Shown here in pieces: positions 1 through 10,870 of a stretch of 64,000 bases of DNA. Location: positions 480 through 64,479 of the forward strand of contig JAKAEB010000017.1 of assembly GCA_021818445.1 (NCBI GenBank), given 5' to 3'. The notes below the pieces were generated by a model, which worked only from the letters and a program-made list of their open reading frames with translations, did no database searches and had not been told where the DNA came from. The first letter of the stretch is position 1, and every line of letters begins with the position of its first letter. The position numbers and the translations under genes are program-made. The stretch is from Planctomycetota bacterium (lineage in GTDB: Bacteria > Planctomycetota > Phycisphaerae > WQYP01).

Positions 1-1992
1 GGTCTGCTGCACAGCCCCAATCCCTGGAACGGGTTTGAAATGCCCACGTGTCCAGGCTGTTTTACCGTTGACGACGACATTAATAATTCTGCGGCCAACT
101 TTAGGAATGCCTATCCAGGCTGCAGTTCCAGGCGGGATGGTGTAGCGGCCAATCCCTTTCGGGCCGCGGCCGACGTTGATGTATTCCGATACAGTTCCGT
201 GAGGTGTGGGTTCCGTCGCCCGAACCCACGTCAGCATGCGACCCAGGTGCGGGATGATGTCAACGGTCGCAAAGCCGGGTGTCGCCGGTCGGATACCGGC
301 GACCCATCGGGTCAGCCACGCCGTACAACCAGCGCTCCACGGATGGCAAAGGCTGGTGTCGCCGGCGTCACATGTCGGTAGCGGCCCATTGTGCCCGATA
401 ACCCGATTCCAGCTTGGCCAGTAGCATTCAAAGAAGGTTGTGCCGCCGTATCGGATTTGTCCGCCCCAATCATCAAGCACGGTCTCGATGGCCTGATTCC
501 AGAGATGCGCCCGCGCCATGGCCTCAACCACAAAATATTCATTAAATGGAGAGAACGATATGCGGTCAAGCCGATTGGAAAAATACAGACGCTCGACACG
601 CGGCATTTGAGCGGCGGTCGGCACCCCGCCGTTGATTGCGTCGCTGGCGACAAAAACATCCGCGTGCCGGATCCAGCGGTGCTTCTCAACGCTCGCCTGA
701 AATTTATCAGCCATACGGCGGAATTTCTTCGCCAGCGACAGCCGACCCGCCGCGCCAAGTGCCCCCGCATAACGCCGACAGGTCTCGATGAGCAGCATCC
801 GGCAGGCGCGGGATGCCGCGGCTGTCGGCCGAAAGCCGCCGAGCCGATCATCCCAGCCGTAAAACCTCACAGGCGGATTATCAAATTCAGCCGCAGCTTT
901 CATGAGCAGCCTGTTTGCCACAGGCTCATAAGTTTTTAGTTCAGCCAAATTGCCGGTGAAGCGGTAATAATCAACGAGGCTTAAAATCCAGTAGAGATAA
1001 TAGCTGGCAATACCATTGCCATGACCCGCAGTGCGGTCCAGATTTTCCTTGACAAAATTGAAGTTTCCAAAGGCCGCCATGGAAGCCGCTTGTGCGACGT
1101 GGGCATCGCCGACCCAGGAGTACCGGTCGCCACGGTACATCAGGATGGCCCCGAAGTAATTTCGTTCGAGGTTTAACTTCACGGTGTATGCACCGGTGTA
1201 CCAGATGCGCGTCAACATCCGGTTACTGCATGCAAAGCTGCCCCGGTAATTAACCGGTTTAATCTGACAAATCAGCCGCACATTGGTGATGTGCCAAGGT
1301 TTGCCGGCAAACGAGTGAATATAAATCCACCCAAATCGCACTCCCTCGTAAAAAAGGGGATTAAGTTTAAGGCGATAGGTGTTGCCAATGTGCTGCGGTA
1401 CGGCAATACAATGTTCCCGCGCCGGTGCATCGAACTCACTTATACCCATGTCCACCCGACCATGGAAGTCGGGGCTTTCAAATTCCAGCCACGCCGCACT
1501 TTCAACGCCAAAATCAAACCGGATACTGCCTGTGCCCCGCACCGTGATATTGCAATGTCGGCCCAGCGACGTTTGCAGACCCCGGAAAGACTTTGGCGTC
1601 GGCGTCTCTACCCTCACTGGTCGCAACATGTAGTATTGGAGAGCCCGATCGGGCCCGGTGCGACGCCAACGGTAACGCACCAGAGGATCGGGCGACAGTG
1701 GTACCGGCGGCCCGGAAAATGCGCCCCCATGTAAGGGCTGCAAGGGCTGCCCATTCCTGACTGCGTTTTTTCCCGTAACGATGCCCGGCTGCCACCCTTC
1801 GGCACCCAATGGCGATGGGCCGGGAATCAGGTGAGGCTTTACAAAATACCGATCGGCCCAGCTAAGGGGGCAAAAAATCGTAAAAATCGCCGCTGCCAAA
1901 AAGACGCTCACCAAGCCCAAGCCGCGGTGGCTTGCCAAGCGTGTACGAAATTCGACCGCACGGATCGAAACGGAAAAATAATTCTGCCGCAT
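1..1992 (-). CDS. GH78-related six-hairpin glycosidase (alpha-L-rhamnosidase-like); the 3' end runs off the window
   Basis: Missing from the supplied ORF track because this frame has no stop inside the window. Manual translation of the minus strand from ATG 1992..1990 (AAGGAGG at 2006..2000, 7-nt spacer) stays open to base 1. It reads MRQNYFSVSIRAVEF..., then a signal/anchor LGLVSVFLAAAIFTIF, ...NYRGSFACSNRMLTRIWYTGAYTVKLN...CHPWSAG. The YRGSFACS..L..IWYTGAYT block is shared with the paralog at 12053..14581 and aligns with GNFACSDKLIDQIF of the canonical GH78 at 4495..7317. Confidence 0.8.
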   Translation of the reverse strand, partial: MRQNYFSVSIRAVEFRTRLASHRGLGLVSVFLAAAIFTIFCPLSWADRYFVKPHLIPGPSPLGAEGWQPGIVTGKNAVRNGQPLQPLHGGAFSGPPVPLSPDPLVRYRWRRTGPDRALQYYMLRPVRVETPTPKSFRGLQTSLGRHCNITVRGTGSIRFDFGVESAAWLEFESPDFHGRVDMGISEFDAPAREHCIAVPQHIGNTYRLKLNPLFYEGVRFGWIYIHSFAGKPWHITNVRLICQIKPVNYRGSFACSNRMLTRIWYTGAYTVKLNLERNYFGAILMYRGDRYSWVGDAHVAQAASMAAFGNFNFVKENLDRTAGHGNGIASYYLYWILSLVDYYRFTGNLAELKTYEPVANRLLMKAAAEFDNPPVRFYGWDDRLGGFRPTAAASRACRMLLIETCRRYAGALGAAGRLSLAKKFRRMADKFQASVEKHRWIRHADVFVASDAINGGVPTAAQMPRVERLYFSNRLDRISFSPFNEYFVVEAMARAHLWNQAIETVLDDWGGQIRYGGTTFFECYWPSWNRVIGHNGPLPTCDAGDTSLCHPWSAGCTAWLTRWVAGIRPATPGFATVDIIPHLGRMLTWVRATEPTPHGTVSEYINVGRGPKGIGRYTIPPGTAAWIGIPKVGRRIINVVVNGKTAWTRGHFKPVPGIGAVQQT

Positions 1993-2174
1993 TCGACCGC
2001 CTCCTTTCATGCTGGGAGCAATTCTACCGCTGAGTGGTCACCAAAAATATTTTTTACGAAAGCCTCAAACGTGCGCCGGTTCTCTTCCAACGCCAAGGTT
2101 CAGGTCAATTCTGCTGCCTGTGCCTTGGGCATAATTCGGCGCGGTCAACATGCGACTAACTATTATGATACATT

Positions 2175-3605
2175 TTGCTTGGCGGATTTACCATCGGCAG
2201 GAGGCAGGTGGTTGGGGGCAGTGTGGTACATGCCTGCCGTGGCGCGGCACCACGGCAGGAGAAATTGCACCAGGGCACGAGGGGCCAAGGCGGCTGGGGG
2301 CCGGATTTGCGGTGTCTGCGAGCGATAATCGTCATTCCGCTGCTGACGGGCGTGCCGTCGGTTTTAATCCGCAACGTGGCTGCGCATCCGTTATTCAAGC
2401 GTGCTTTCCCATCTACATGGTCAAAAACGCTAGTTTTTGCCGACCAGCTCAATGCGGTAAGCAGCTTGAATGCCGCACAGATTCACTTTGCCGCTACTCA
2501 CTTTGTCGGCACCCAGAAAATACTCGTTTCGCTGATTAGAAAACTGCGTGCCATCAACCCGGGATTTCTGGTGTTGCATTACCATCTGGCGGTTTGGCAG
2601 TCTGGCAAGCATGTTCCTTACATCATTGACGGCTTGCACTGGGGCAATGATTACAACTACGTCACCAAACATGAACGCTGGTTCCTGCACACTTCCTGGG
2701 CCAGCCGTGATAATCGAAAAGACCGCCTCAAGGCCTCTGATGGCAAATACCTTTTGAACATCACCAACCCCGCCTATTTTCGCTACCTGGTCCATTCACT
2801 GATCCGGCAGGCGCGGGCGGGACACGATGATGGCATCTTTCTGGACAGCTACAGCACGGATGCGGTCAGCTATTTCATGCACAACTATTCTCATTGGCGC
2901 TACCCCCGAATCGTGCAGGAGCACAAGCAACTCGGCGGGTTAACTTGGGTGCAGGCCTCGGACAATTTTATGCGCCGCCTGACGGCGCATCTCAATAAGG
3001 TTGGCATCTACTGCCTGCCCAATATGGGCGATCTTGTCACTGGATGGGATCACACGGATTATGCTCTTGCAAACGGGGGCATGCTGGAAGGTGCACCTGG
3101 TCAATGGTCAAAATATGGTCAGCGCCAATGGATAGCCTCTGCCAATAGGGCCCTTAAGTTGATCAATGCCAATAAGATCATCATTTTTGAAAGCTACCTT
3201 CAGCATGCTACCGATTACCGCCAGCGAATGTATTGGCTCGGTACATATCTGCTGCTTCGGGGACGCTACACGTATATTACCTATTTCAAACGGAATCCGT
3301 TTGAATATTTTCCCGAATTTGAAATCAACATCGGTGCCCCTCGGGAGACCGCAAAATCAATCAATGATCTGCGCCATGGCGAGTTGTTTGTTCGCGACTT
3401 CACCGCCGGGCAGGTGGTGGTTAATTCGGCAGATCGAGAATCTTATTTTTATTCCATTCCCCCTGGGAGTCGCATGGCACGGGTTCGCGGCGGAGGGGCC
3501 ATCGGTCAATCGGGAAAGATCACGGGTCAACTGCGGCTGATACCGGTGAGCGGTCGCGTGCGGCTGCCCCCGCGAACTGCATTGATCCTCGTTGATCACC
3601 ATTAA
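2175..3605 (+). CDS. Putative glycoside-hydrolase-like TIM-barrel protein (GHL15-like; family assignment tentative)
   Basis: 476-aa ORF from a TTG start. The body (HFVGTQKIL..., LVLHYHLAVW, FLDSY..., CLPNMGD) resembles hypothetical glycosyl-hydrolase-like TIM barrels and sits in the CAZyme island. The first ~70 aa are Arg/Gly-rich and probably not translated; GTG 2376 is an alternative start. Confidence 0.6.
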   Translation: MLGGFTIGRRQVVGGSVVHACRGAAPRQEKLHQGTRGQGGWGPDLRCLRAIIVIPLLTGVPSVLIRNVAAHPLFKRAFPSTWSKTLVFADQLNAVSSLNAAQIHFAATHFVGTQKILVSLIRKLRAINPGFLVLHYHLAVWQSGKHVPYIIDGLHWGNDYNYVTKHERWFLHTSWASRDNRKDRLKASDGKYLLNITNPAYFRYLVHSLIRQARAGHDDGIFLDSYSTDAVSYFMHNYSHWRYPRIVQEHKQLGGLTWVQASDNFMRRLTAHLNKVGIYCLPNMGDLVTGWDHTDYALANGGMLEGAPGQWSKYGQRQWIASANRALKLINANKIIIFESYLQHATDYRQRMYWLGTYLLLRGRYTYITYFKRNPFEYFPEFEINIGAPRETAKSINDLRHGELFVRDFTAGQVVVNSADRESYFYSIPPGSRMARVRGGGAIGQSGKITGQLRLIPVSGRVRLPPRTALILVDHH

Positions 3606-3891
3606 CCGATTCTCTGGCCCGGCGATCTCGCATCCTGGCTGGTCAACGCGCCCGGCCGCCCCGCCGTTTGGCATATTCACGCGGCGGTTCTGGAAGCTGC
3701 ATTTGTGGTATTTGTCGCAAAATGGAACCCTGATATGCGCAATTTGGGGTTGCCTCTGGCCACAAAAGATCGGATGATCGCGAAGCGTTAAGTCGGATTG
3801 CTGGTGTTACCACTTCCATGAGAGGATGGCATTGCGGAAAGACCCATTCGTTCAATCGTCCGCCAACACGCATACAGGTGGGGACATCGGC

Positions 3892-4380
3892 ATGACAAAC
3901 CGAAGAAAATTCATGCAGTACACTGTTGGGGCGATGGCGTTGACGGCCACCGGGTGTGACGCCGCTACTGCGCTCGCGGGCCGCCAATCGGATGGCAACC
4001 GGTCCATAGCCACCACGCCTGAAAGTCATGACTTATGCATTTTTCCGATTTGGGAGTCCGGGCTTGACACCAGTGGCACTGCCGATGCTGAAATTCGGCG
4101 GCAGGCGAGAAAACTCAAAAGGCAGATCGGCCCGGGTGACAAAAATAATAAAATCGGCTTTGCTTCCATTTATGCAGGCGGTAATCTGCCGCTGTTGTTG
4201 CGGCAACTGAAAATATTCAAACAAGAGGGCATTCACCGTGGTGTTATTTTTGCGATGCAAACGCGCGATCTGGAACCATTTACAGCGCACGGTTGCCGGG
4301 CATTGTTTCCTGGCTGGTGGCATGTCAACCGCATGGGAAAACCTTTCCCCTCGACGACAGCGCGCTGGCGCGGGCGATAA
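3892..4380 (+). CDS. Small Tat-signal lipoprotein of unknown function (3' end may be frameshifted)
   Basis: MTNRRKFMQYTVGAMALTATGC carries a twin-arginine motif followed by the lipobox ATGC. After about 4330 a second frame reads more like protein (GKTFPLDDSALARAIKDVLAQ, stop at 4431) than the annotated frame (STTARWRGR). Confidence 0.45.
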   Translation: MTNRRKFMQYTVGAMALTATGCDAATALAGRQSDGNRSIATTPESHDLCIFPIWESGLDTSGTADAEIRRQARKLKRQIGPGDKNNKIGFASIYAGGNLPLLLRQLKIFKQEGIHRGVIFAMQTRDLEPFTAHGCRALFPGWWHVNRMGKPFPSTTARWRGR

Positions 4381-4494
4381 AAGATGTTCTGGCTCAACGA
4401 ACAAGGCGGGATTATCATTCGTAAGGTCGAACTGCGGCGCAAAGGTTTTTGGCGAAACGGGTGTCGCGTTGGCATACATCAGAGGGTTTATCAT

Positions 4495-7317
4495 ATGAAA
4501 TTAATGACTGTCATATTTTCGGTCGTCGCACTGGTCGGCATTGCCGGTTGTGCGAGCAGGTCGGTCACCACCGCCAGCGCCGCGCAGAGCGTACTGGCCC
4601 CCGGGCATCTGCGGACTGAATTGCGCCGCAATCCGCTGGCGGTGAATTCGCGTCACCCCCGATTGGAATGGATGCTGCCGTGGAGGGGGTTTGGTCAAAG
4701 GCAAACTGGCTACCAGATTGTGGTTGCCTCGAGTCGCCGGCTTCTGGCGAAAAATGCCGGCGACATCTGGAATTCAGGCCATGTGCATTCAAGCCAGTCT
4801 ATCGATGTCCGTTATGCCGGTTCGCCCCTCGCCGCACGCGAGCGATGTTTTTGGAAGGTGCGGGTGTGGAATCAGGCAGGGCACGTCAGTGCATGGAGCC
4901 GCGTCGGCCAGTGGCAGGAAGCGTTGCTCGTACCCGCCCAATGGCATCACGCGCAGTGGATTGGATGGCGTCCAAAATGGAAAAACGGGATCAACCATCC
5001 CCTGCCGGCCATCTATCTTCGCGACGAATTCCGTCTTTCGCAGCCAGTGAAACGGGCCGTGGCCTATTACTGCGGCATCGGCCTGGGCCGAATGTATATC
5101 AATGGAAAACGCACGAGTCATACGCAGCTTTCACCGCCCTTGAGCTGGTATCCGAAGCGCTGCTACTACGTGGCGCGAAATGTAACCAGGTTGCTGCACC
5201 AAGGCCGCAACGCCATTGGCGTCATCTTGGGTAACGGGCGGGCGTATGGCCTTGGTGGTCCGGCCCCTTACACCATCCACATTCCCCCGCGCATGATTTT
5301 GGTCATGTATGTCACATACGCCAACGGTAGCACGGCGGTTGTGACAAGCAATGGGCATTGGCAGATGACCGATCGCGGCCCTATCCGCATGAATAGTGAA
5401 TATAATGGGGAAACGTATAACGTTGCCATGCGCATGCCGGGGTGGGACAAAGTCGGTTACCACGCTCGCAATTGGAAGGCGGCGGAATCGGTCAGATCTC
5501 CCGGCGGGCAATTGGTTGCCATGATGCAGCAACCCATCAAAATCACACAAATTTTGCATCCAGTGAAAGTCGCACAGGTCGGCCCGGGTAAGTGGATGTT
5601 CGACATGGGGCAGAATATGGTCGGCTGGTGCCGCATCCGCCTGCCGAATCTCCCGGCGGGTACCAAAATTATTCTCCGTCACGGCGAAAGTCTGGTGCGT
5701 AACGGCAAACTGACCGTCAATCTGAATCCTTCCAAAAAAGGACAACTCCATTTGTACGTGGCCAATCTGCGGTCGGCTAAGCAGACCGACACCGTCATCA
5801 TGGACGGAAAGGGGGGCATCACCTGGCATCCCATATTCACCTACCACGGCTTTCGGTTTGTTGAACTGCTGGGGTATCCGGGCAGGCCGGCACTCTCCAT
5901 GCTGGAAGGTGAGGAAGTGCACGATGCACTGCCGCAAACCGGCAATTTTGCGTGCTCGGATAAACTTATTGACCAGATATTTCATAACTGTCGGTGGGGC
6001 ATACAAAACAACTACCGGTCGATTCCGACCGACTGCCCGCAGCGCGATGAGCGGCAGGGGTGGATGGGTGATCGGGGGATGGAATCGCGCAGTGAATCAT
6101 TTATTTTTAATACGGAATTGTTCCACGATAAATGGTTGTGGGATATGCAGACCGCCCAGCAACCCGGTGGCGATGTATCGGATGTCAATCCGCCATACTG
6201 GTCGGTTTTTACCGGCGATGTCACCTGGCCAAGCACCTTTATTTATCTGCCCGGCACGCTGTATCTACAATATGGGCAGGTGGCCCCCATTCGTGAACAT
6301 TACGCTGCCATGGCCAAGTGGATCGACTTTCAATTGGCCAAGGTGCATCACGGCGTGACACAGGCCGATACCTATGGGGATTGGTGTTCACCGGCTCGCT
6401 CGCCGTTGAAGATTCATTCAAACGATCCAAACCGTGCCACGCCGAGGTCGATCCTTGCCACCGCCACCCTGTACAAAGACTTGAATTTGATGGCGTGGTA
6501 CGCGAAGGTGCTCCATCGACCGTCCCAGCGGCGGCATTGGCTGATGGAAGCCCACCGCCTGTTCGTCGGTTTTAATAAGCATCTCTGGAATGCCAAGGGG
6601 CATTATTACGGCAACGGTTCGGATACGGCGTGCATTTTGGCGCTGGCTTCAGGCATTACGCCCAAGGATCGGCAGGCGGATGTTATTAAACGATTCCTGT
6701 GGCGCATGCACGCGCGGCAGAGTGACCATGTCGGCGTGGGCGTCATCGGCATGCAGTGGATATTTAATGAAATGTCACGGATGGGGCAATCGGAGTTGGC
6801 CTGGAAAATGCTCAACCAGACCACCTATCCCGGCTGGGGCTTCATGGTGAAGCACGGCGCGACAACCATCTGGGAATTGTGGAATGGCAACACCGCCAAC
6901 CCCGCCATGAATTCCGAAGACCATGTCATGTTTATCGGTGATATGCTCACATGGCTGTTTCAGTATGTCGGCGGCATCCAGAGCAGCATGACGCATGTGG
7001 GCTTCAAGCACATCATCATGCGACCGCATGTACTTGGCAAACTCACATGGGTACGCTGCCGCCACCGCTCACCTTATGGTCTGATTGTCAGCAATTGGAA
7101 GATCAGCGGGGGCAAATTCAATTGGCACATTCAGATACCGCCAAACAGTGCCGCCATTGTGTACATACCGGCAGCGACCGCCAGCGGCGTCGAACTTAAT
7201 GGCGCGGCGGTTAAAGCCGCACCATGGATTAAATTTGTGCGTTTTGCCGGCGGCCGGGCCATTTACCAATTGGAATCGGGCAACTACCGGTTTACTGCGC
7301 CGATGCCTTCGCAATAA
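4495..7317 (+). CDS. Alpha-L-rhamnosidase, GH78, lipoprotein
   Basis: Start moved to ATG 4495 (MKLMTVIFSVVALVGIAGCAS, lipobox IAGC). N-terminal GH78 signature: LRTELRRNPLAV...PRLEWMLPW...QTGYQIVVASS...CFWKVRVWN. Catalytic-domain motif IPTDCPQRDERQGWMGD. About 940 aa, typical of GH78. Confidence 0.92.
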   Translation: MKLMTVIFSVVALVGIAGCASRSVTTASAAQSVLAPGHLRTELRRNPLAVNSRHPRLEWMLPWRGFGQRQTGYQIVVASSRRLLAKNAGDIWNSGHVHSSQSIDVRYAGSPLAARERCFWKVRVWNQAGHVSAWSRVGQWQEALLVPAQWHHAQWIGWRPKWKNGINHPLPAIYLRDEFRLSQPVKRAVAYYCGIGLGRMYINGKRTSHTQLSPPLSWYPKRCYYVARNVTRLLHQGRNAIGVILGNGRAYGLGGPAPYTIHIPPRMILVMYVTYANGSTAVVTSNGHWQMTDRGPIRMNSEYNGETYNVAMRMPGWDKVGYHARNWKAAESVRSPGGQLVAMMQQPIKITQILHPVKVAQVGPGKWMFDMGQNMVGWCRIRLPNLPAGTKIILRHGESLVRNGKLTVNLNPSKKGQLHLYVANLRSAKQTDTVIMDGKGGITWHPIFTYHGFRFVELLGYPGRPALSMLEGEEVHDALPQTGNFACSDKLIDQIFHNCRWGIQNNYRSIPTDCPQRDERQGWMGDRGMESRSESFIFNTELFHDKWLWDMQTAQQPGGDVSDVNPPYWSVFTGDVTWPSTFIYLPGTLYLQYGQVAPIREHYAAMAKWIDFQLAKVHHGVTQADTYGDWCSPARSPLKIHSNDPNRATPRSILATATLYKDLNLMAWYAKVLHRPSQRRHWLMEAHRLFVGFNKHLWNAKGHYYGNGSDTACILALASGITPKDRQADVIKRFLWRMHARQSDHVGVGVIGMQWIFNEMSRMGQSELAWKMLNQTTYPGWGFMVKHGATTIWELWNGNTANPAMNSEDHVMFIGDMLTWLFQYVGGIQSSMTHVGFKHIIMRPHVLGKLTWVRCRHRSPYGLIVSNWKISGGKFNWHIQIPPNSAAIVYIPAATASGVELNGAAVKAAPWIKFVRFAGGRAIYQLESGNYRFTAPMPSQ

Positions 7318-7347
7318 CCGCGAGGCATTGGCCACTGAGGAGAATTC

Positions 7348-9156
7348 ATGCGCGATTGGGTAATGTCGACGCGGCGGCATAGCGTTTGGCCTCTGATGGC
7401 AACGTTATTGGTCGCAGTATCTTTGCCCGGCACACCACGCTCTCTGGCCGTAGCCCGCCCGCGTGTGCCGATAGTCCATGCGGACACGTGGGGAGCTGTT
7501 GATGGCCTTGGCCGCGTTCTGCCGGGCTACCGCCAGGTGGGCGGGATTAAAAAACACAAAACGGTGGGGATTTTTTACTTCCTGACGCGCGTGACGCATA
7601 ACCACATTATTTACAACAACGATTTAATATTTCAAAAGCATCCGCATCGGGTGATTGGCCCAATGGGTACCGTGCATTGGTGGGGTGAGCCATTATTTGG
7701 CTACTACCGCAGTTCCGATTCATTTGTACTTCGCGAACACGCCGCGATGCTTGGAGATGCGGGCGTTAATACGGTTATCTTCGACAATACCAACGGCCCT
7801 ATTTATCTATCAGTGCAAAAAGCGCTATTTAAAGCATGGCTGCACATGCGGAAATTGGGCAACCGCGTGCCCAAGTTTGCATGCTTTGCGGGTAATAAGG
7901 CCTGGACGACCGACTATCAATCGATCTACCTGAAAGGTTTAGGGAAAAGGTTGTGGTTTGAATGGCACGGCAAACCCCTGATGCTGTATCACGGTAGAGA
8001 AGCAGCATTGCCAGCGGCGGTGCGACGATTTTTCACTTTGCGATATTGCTGGGCATGGACGGGCGCGAAGGATAAATGGGGATGGGACAATCTCGGTGTG
8101 AATCCGGACACCTATGCGTGGCACAAAAACCCCCGCAAGCCGGAAGAAATGCCGGTGGCAGTTGGCGGCTGGGCGAGCAGCAATATCGGCCGCAGCTATC
8201 ATGGCGGGAGCGAGCCACCGCCTGCACGTCAGCAGCCATGGCGAGGCATCTGCTTTGCCCGGCAATGGCAGCATGCGTTGAAGATCAATCCGAGCTTTGT
8301 GTTTATCACTGGTTGGAATGAATGGGTGGCGATGGCGTTTCCAGCTCCCGGACCGCTGAATTTCGCCGGAAAAATGGTACAGAAGGGCGCGCCCATTTTT
8401 ATTGATGAATATTCACCCGAATTCAGCCGCGATATTGAACCCATGCTGTCCGATCGCGGCGGGCTGTATGGCGGTTTTGGCGACAACTACTACTACCAGA
8501 TGGTGGCCAACATTCGGCGGTACAAGGGGGTGCACCGCCTCCCGCCGATCGCGAAGGCGAACATCCATATCCGTGGGCCGCTGTCGCAGTGGAAAAACAT
8601 CGGCCCGCTGTTTATCAACAATACTGGGCTTGCGGTACACCGGGATTACACCGGGTGGGGGCATGAACATTACGTCAACCAGACCGGCCGCAACAGTATT
8701 GTGGGCTGTAAAACAGCCTATTCTTCCCGATATTTATATTTTTGGGTAAAAACACGCAGGCCGATCACATCGTGGCGTGGCAAGTCGTGGATGCTTCTCT
8801 ATCTGAGCATTCCCGATATGGGAGCAAACTGGATGGGTTACAATTACGTCATCAATCGTAAGGTTGTAAGTGCCACCACCACTACCGTCGAAAGGAATAC
8901 AGGCGGTTATCATTGGAAAAAAATTGGAACCGCCCGCTTCAAAGTGCGCGGCAATCAACTTCAATTGGCCGTGCCCCGCCGATTGCTGGGGATACCCGGA
9001 AAGATGCCAGCCGAGTTTCATTTCAAATGGGCGGATCATATCTCACAGGATGGCCAGTGGACGGACTTTTATCTTAACGGAGATTGTGCACCTCCCTTCC
9101 GATTTTATTATCGGGCAAAAGCGGTGGGGCATCATCGCAAATATACTGCCGGATGA
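7348..9156 (+). CDS. Secreted putative glycoside hydrolase, GH99-like TIM barrel plus C-terminal beta-sandwich (family uncertain)
   Basis: Signal peptide (WPLMATLLVAVSLPG). Motifs VGIFYFL, HWWGEPLFGYYRSSDSFVLREHAAMLGDAGVNTVIFDNTNG and ITGWNEW, arranged like GH99-like enzymes. Lies 30 nt downstream of the GH78 gene. Confidence 0.6.
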   Translation: MRDWVMSTRRHSVWPLMATLLVAVSLPGTPRSLAVARPRVPIVHADTWGAVDGLGRVLPGYRQVGGIKKHKTVGIFYFLTRVTHNHIIYNNDLIFQKHPHRVIGPMGTVHWWGEPLFGYYRSSDSFVLREHAAMLGDAGVNTVIFDNTNGPIYLSVQKALFKAWLHMRKLGNRVPKFACFAGNKAWTTDYQSIYLKGLGKRLWFEWHGKPLMLYHGREAALPAAVRRFFTLRYCWAWTGAKDKWGWDNLGVNPDTYAWHKNPRKPEEMPVAVGGWASSNIGRSYHGGSEPPPARQQPWRGICFARQWQHALKINPSFVFITGWNEWVAMAFPAPGPLNFAGKMVQKGAPIFIDEYSPEFSRDIEPMLSDRGGLYGGFGDNYYYQMVANIRRYKGVHRLPPIAKANIHIRGPLSQWKNIGPLFINNTGLAVHRDYTGWGHEHYVNQTGRNSIVGCKTAYSSRYLYFWVKTRRPITSWRGKSWMLLYLSIPDMGANWMGYNYVINRKVVSATTTTVERNTGGYHWKKIGTARFKVRGNQLQLAVPRRLLGIPGKMPAEFHFKWADHISQDGQWTDFYLNGDCAPPFRFYYRAKAVGHHRKYTAG

Positions 9157-9598
9157 CCGTAGGACGAAGGCGTCGGGAGGATGGCCCCGGTCGGGGCGAT
9201 GGATGGCGTTCGCAAACTGGCGGCAGAGAATGACGGGTATGGAAATACGGGGTAATGCTGCGTAGCTGGCCTTCGTTGCCGAAATCCGCGTATATTATCT
9301 GCCCTGCAACCGTAACCACTGAGATTTCCCGTCGAACTGCCGCAAAATCATACCATAAAAACGCAAATTGGGGTTGTATTGGCGATTCAATGAGCTACAC
9401 TCAAGGTTGAAAATATTATTAACGCAGACTGTGCTGCGTCGGGAAAAATGGGTGAAGCAGAGCGGCTCGTCGGCAAAAATGCCTTGATTGATTTAACTGG
9501 CTCGTAAGCCCCATTTGGATGGTTGTGCTCTTTTAAGGGATCTCGCTGCTGCGTGGTGGAGGGATTGCCTGCTTGTCTAATATTTTGGGAGGCGTTTT

Positions 9599-10804
9599 AT
9601 GGTGAACACAACACGATGTTTTCTTATGGCTGGCGTCATCGCTGCGGCAGGTGCCACAACCGCGATGGCGGGGAACCCTACGTGGATTGGCGGGGGTGCT
9701 GACCAAAATTGGTCAACGACAGCCAACTGGGCCAATGGGACCCCCTGGGCGAATGCCCAAACCGCTGAGTTCGGCCCCGGTACGTACAATGGAAATACGA
9801 CGAACGACATTACTAACGCAAATTTTGGTGGTATCCAGGTGGACAGTGGTGCTCCGGCAATTACGGTGACGGACGCGGCGGGCATGCAATTTGTGACGCA
9901 GGTAAATGCCGTCACCAATAACAGCGCGTCGACACTCACGCTGAACACCAATTTTCGGCCATTTTTAAACGTACAGAATATTGCCGCGAACGGAACCGGT
10001 GCCATAGTAGTGGACACCGTAACGTTTCGCGATGATCTTCGCCCTTCACCTTTTGACGGATTTAATGTTTCCATTCAAACGACCGGTCCATCAAGTGGTG
10101 CTGGTAATGTGGTGTTCAATGGTCTCGTTAACAATGCGAGTACTGGCTTTTTATCGGGATTTATTGTCAATAACACTGGCGGATATACCGAGCTGGCCGA
10201 CGGCGCAAATTCCTTCAATGGCGGAGTGGATATCCGCGCGGGCACCCTGCTGGTATCAAACGGTGCCAGTGGATCAGCCACCGGAACGGGTGCCGTCACC
10301 GCTAACGGCGGCGGGATTGCTGGCATCGGCTCCATTTCTGGCCTAGTGACCCTCAACGGATCGACTCAAATCACTGCTGGTGGCGCGCTAAGTGCCAATT
10401 ATGGCAAGTTCACGAACGCCGTCGGGACACTTAGCCTCAACGGCGGTCTGAACATGAATGGCAAGAGCGGCAGCACGCTTAATTTATATTTCAGCGGCGG
10501 ATCAAACAGCACCCTGAATGTGGGTGGTACGCTTAGTTTGAGCACCGCTGATACACTGGCGCTGGGTGGAGATGTGGGCTTGGGTACCTACCACGTCATC
10601 GACTACAGCACGCTTGCCAATGCGTCCGACCTTTCCTCATGGACAGTCTCCGGACCCAGTGGCTTTAGTTACAGTCTGGTGAACAATACGGGAAACAATT
10701 CCATCGATTTGGTTGTGGCGGCTACACCAGAACCTGCAGCGTTGGGTTTGCTTGCGGCTGGTGGTGCGTCGGTACTGCTGCTTTGTAGACGGCGATCCCT
10801 TTGA
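9599..10804 (+). CDS. PEP-CTERM-anchored surface protein with autotransporter-associated beta-strand (PATR-like) repeats
   Basis: GGGAGG RBS 9 nt upstream of the ATG. Signal peptide MAGVIAAAGATTAMA. Gly/Thr/Asn-rich repeats (GGVDIRAGTLLVSNGASGSATGTGAVT...). C-terminus TPEPAALGLLAAGGASVLLLCRRRSL, i.e. a PEP motif, a TM helix and a basic tail. Confidence 0.88.
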   Translation: MVNTTRCFLMAGVIAAAGATTAMAGNPTWIGGGADQNWSTTANWANGTPWANAQTAEFGPGTYNGNTTNDITNANFGGIQVDSGAPAITVTDAAGMQFVTQVNAVTNNSASTLTLNTNFRPFLNVQNIAANGTGAIVVDTVTFRDDLRPSPFDGFNVSIQTTGPSSGAGNVVFNGLVNNASTGFLSGFIVNNTGGYTELADGANSFNGGVDIRAGTLLVSNGASGSATGTGAVTANGGGIAGIGSISGLVTLNGSTQITAGGALSANYGKFTNAVGTLSLNGGLNMNGKSGSTLNLYFSGGSNSTLNVGGTLSLSTADTLALGGDVGLGTYHVIDYSTLANASDLSSWTVSGPSGFSYSLVNNTGNNSIDLVVAATPEPAALGLLAAGGASVLLLCRRRSL

Positions 10805-10870
10805 TGGTTCATATTCCGCTGCGGTCGCCGCCGGTGGCGACCGCAGCGGTCTTTGCAAGGAGATACCAAT

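Noticed and set aside
40-939. Plus-strand track ORFs 40..381, 206..424 and 391..939
   Set aside because: They lie antisense to, or out of frame with, the long open-ended minus-strand frame (1..1992), which has clear GH78-paralog similarity. Their sequences are Arg/Pro/Gly-rich and not protein-like.
5131-6006. Long antisense ORFs inside confident genes: 5131..6006(-), 10637..11569(-), 27614..28225(-), 33864..34460(-), 36946..37530(-), 40254..41138(+), 59710..60564(+), 60602..61315(-), 62268..63002(-), 62711..63538(+)
   Set aside because: These are typical shadow ORFs of GC-rich DNA. Each overlaps a gene with strong family motifs on the other strand, they are enriched in Arg/Pro/Gly/His, and none has a recognisable domain or RBS.
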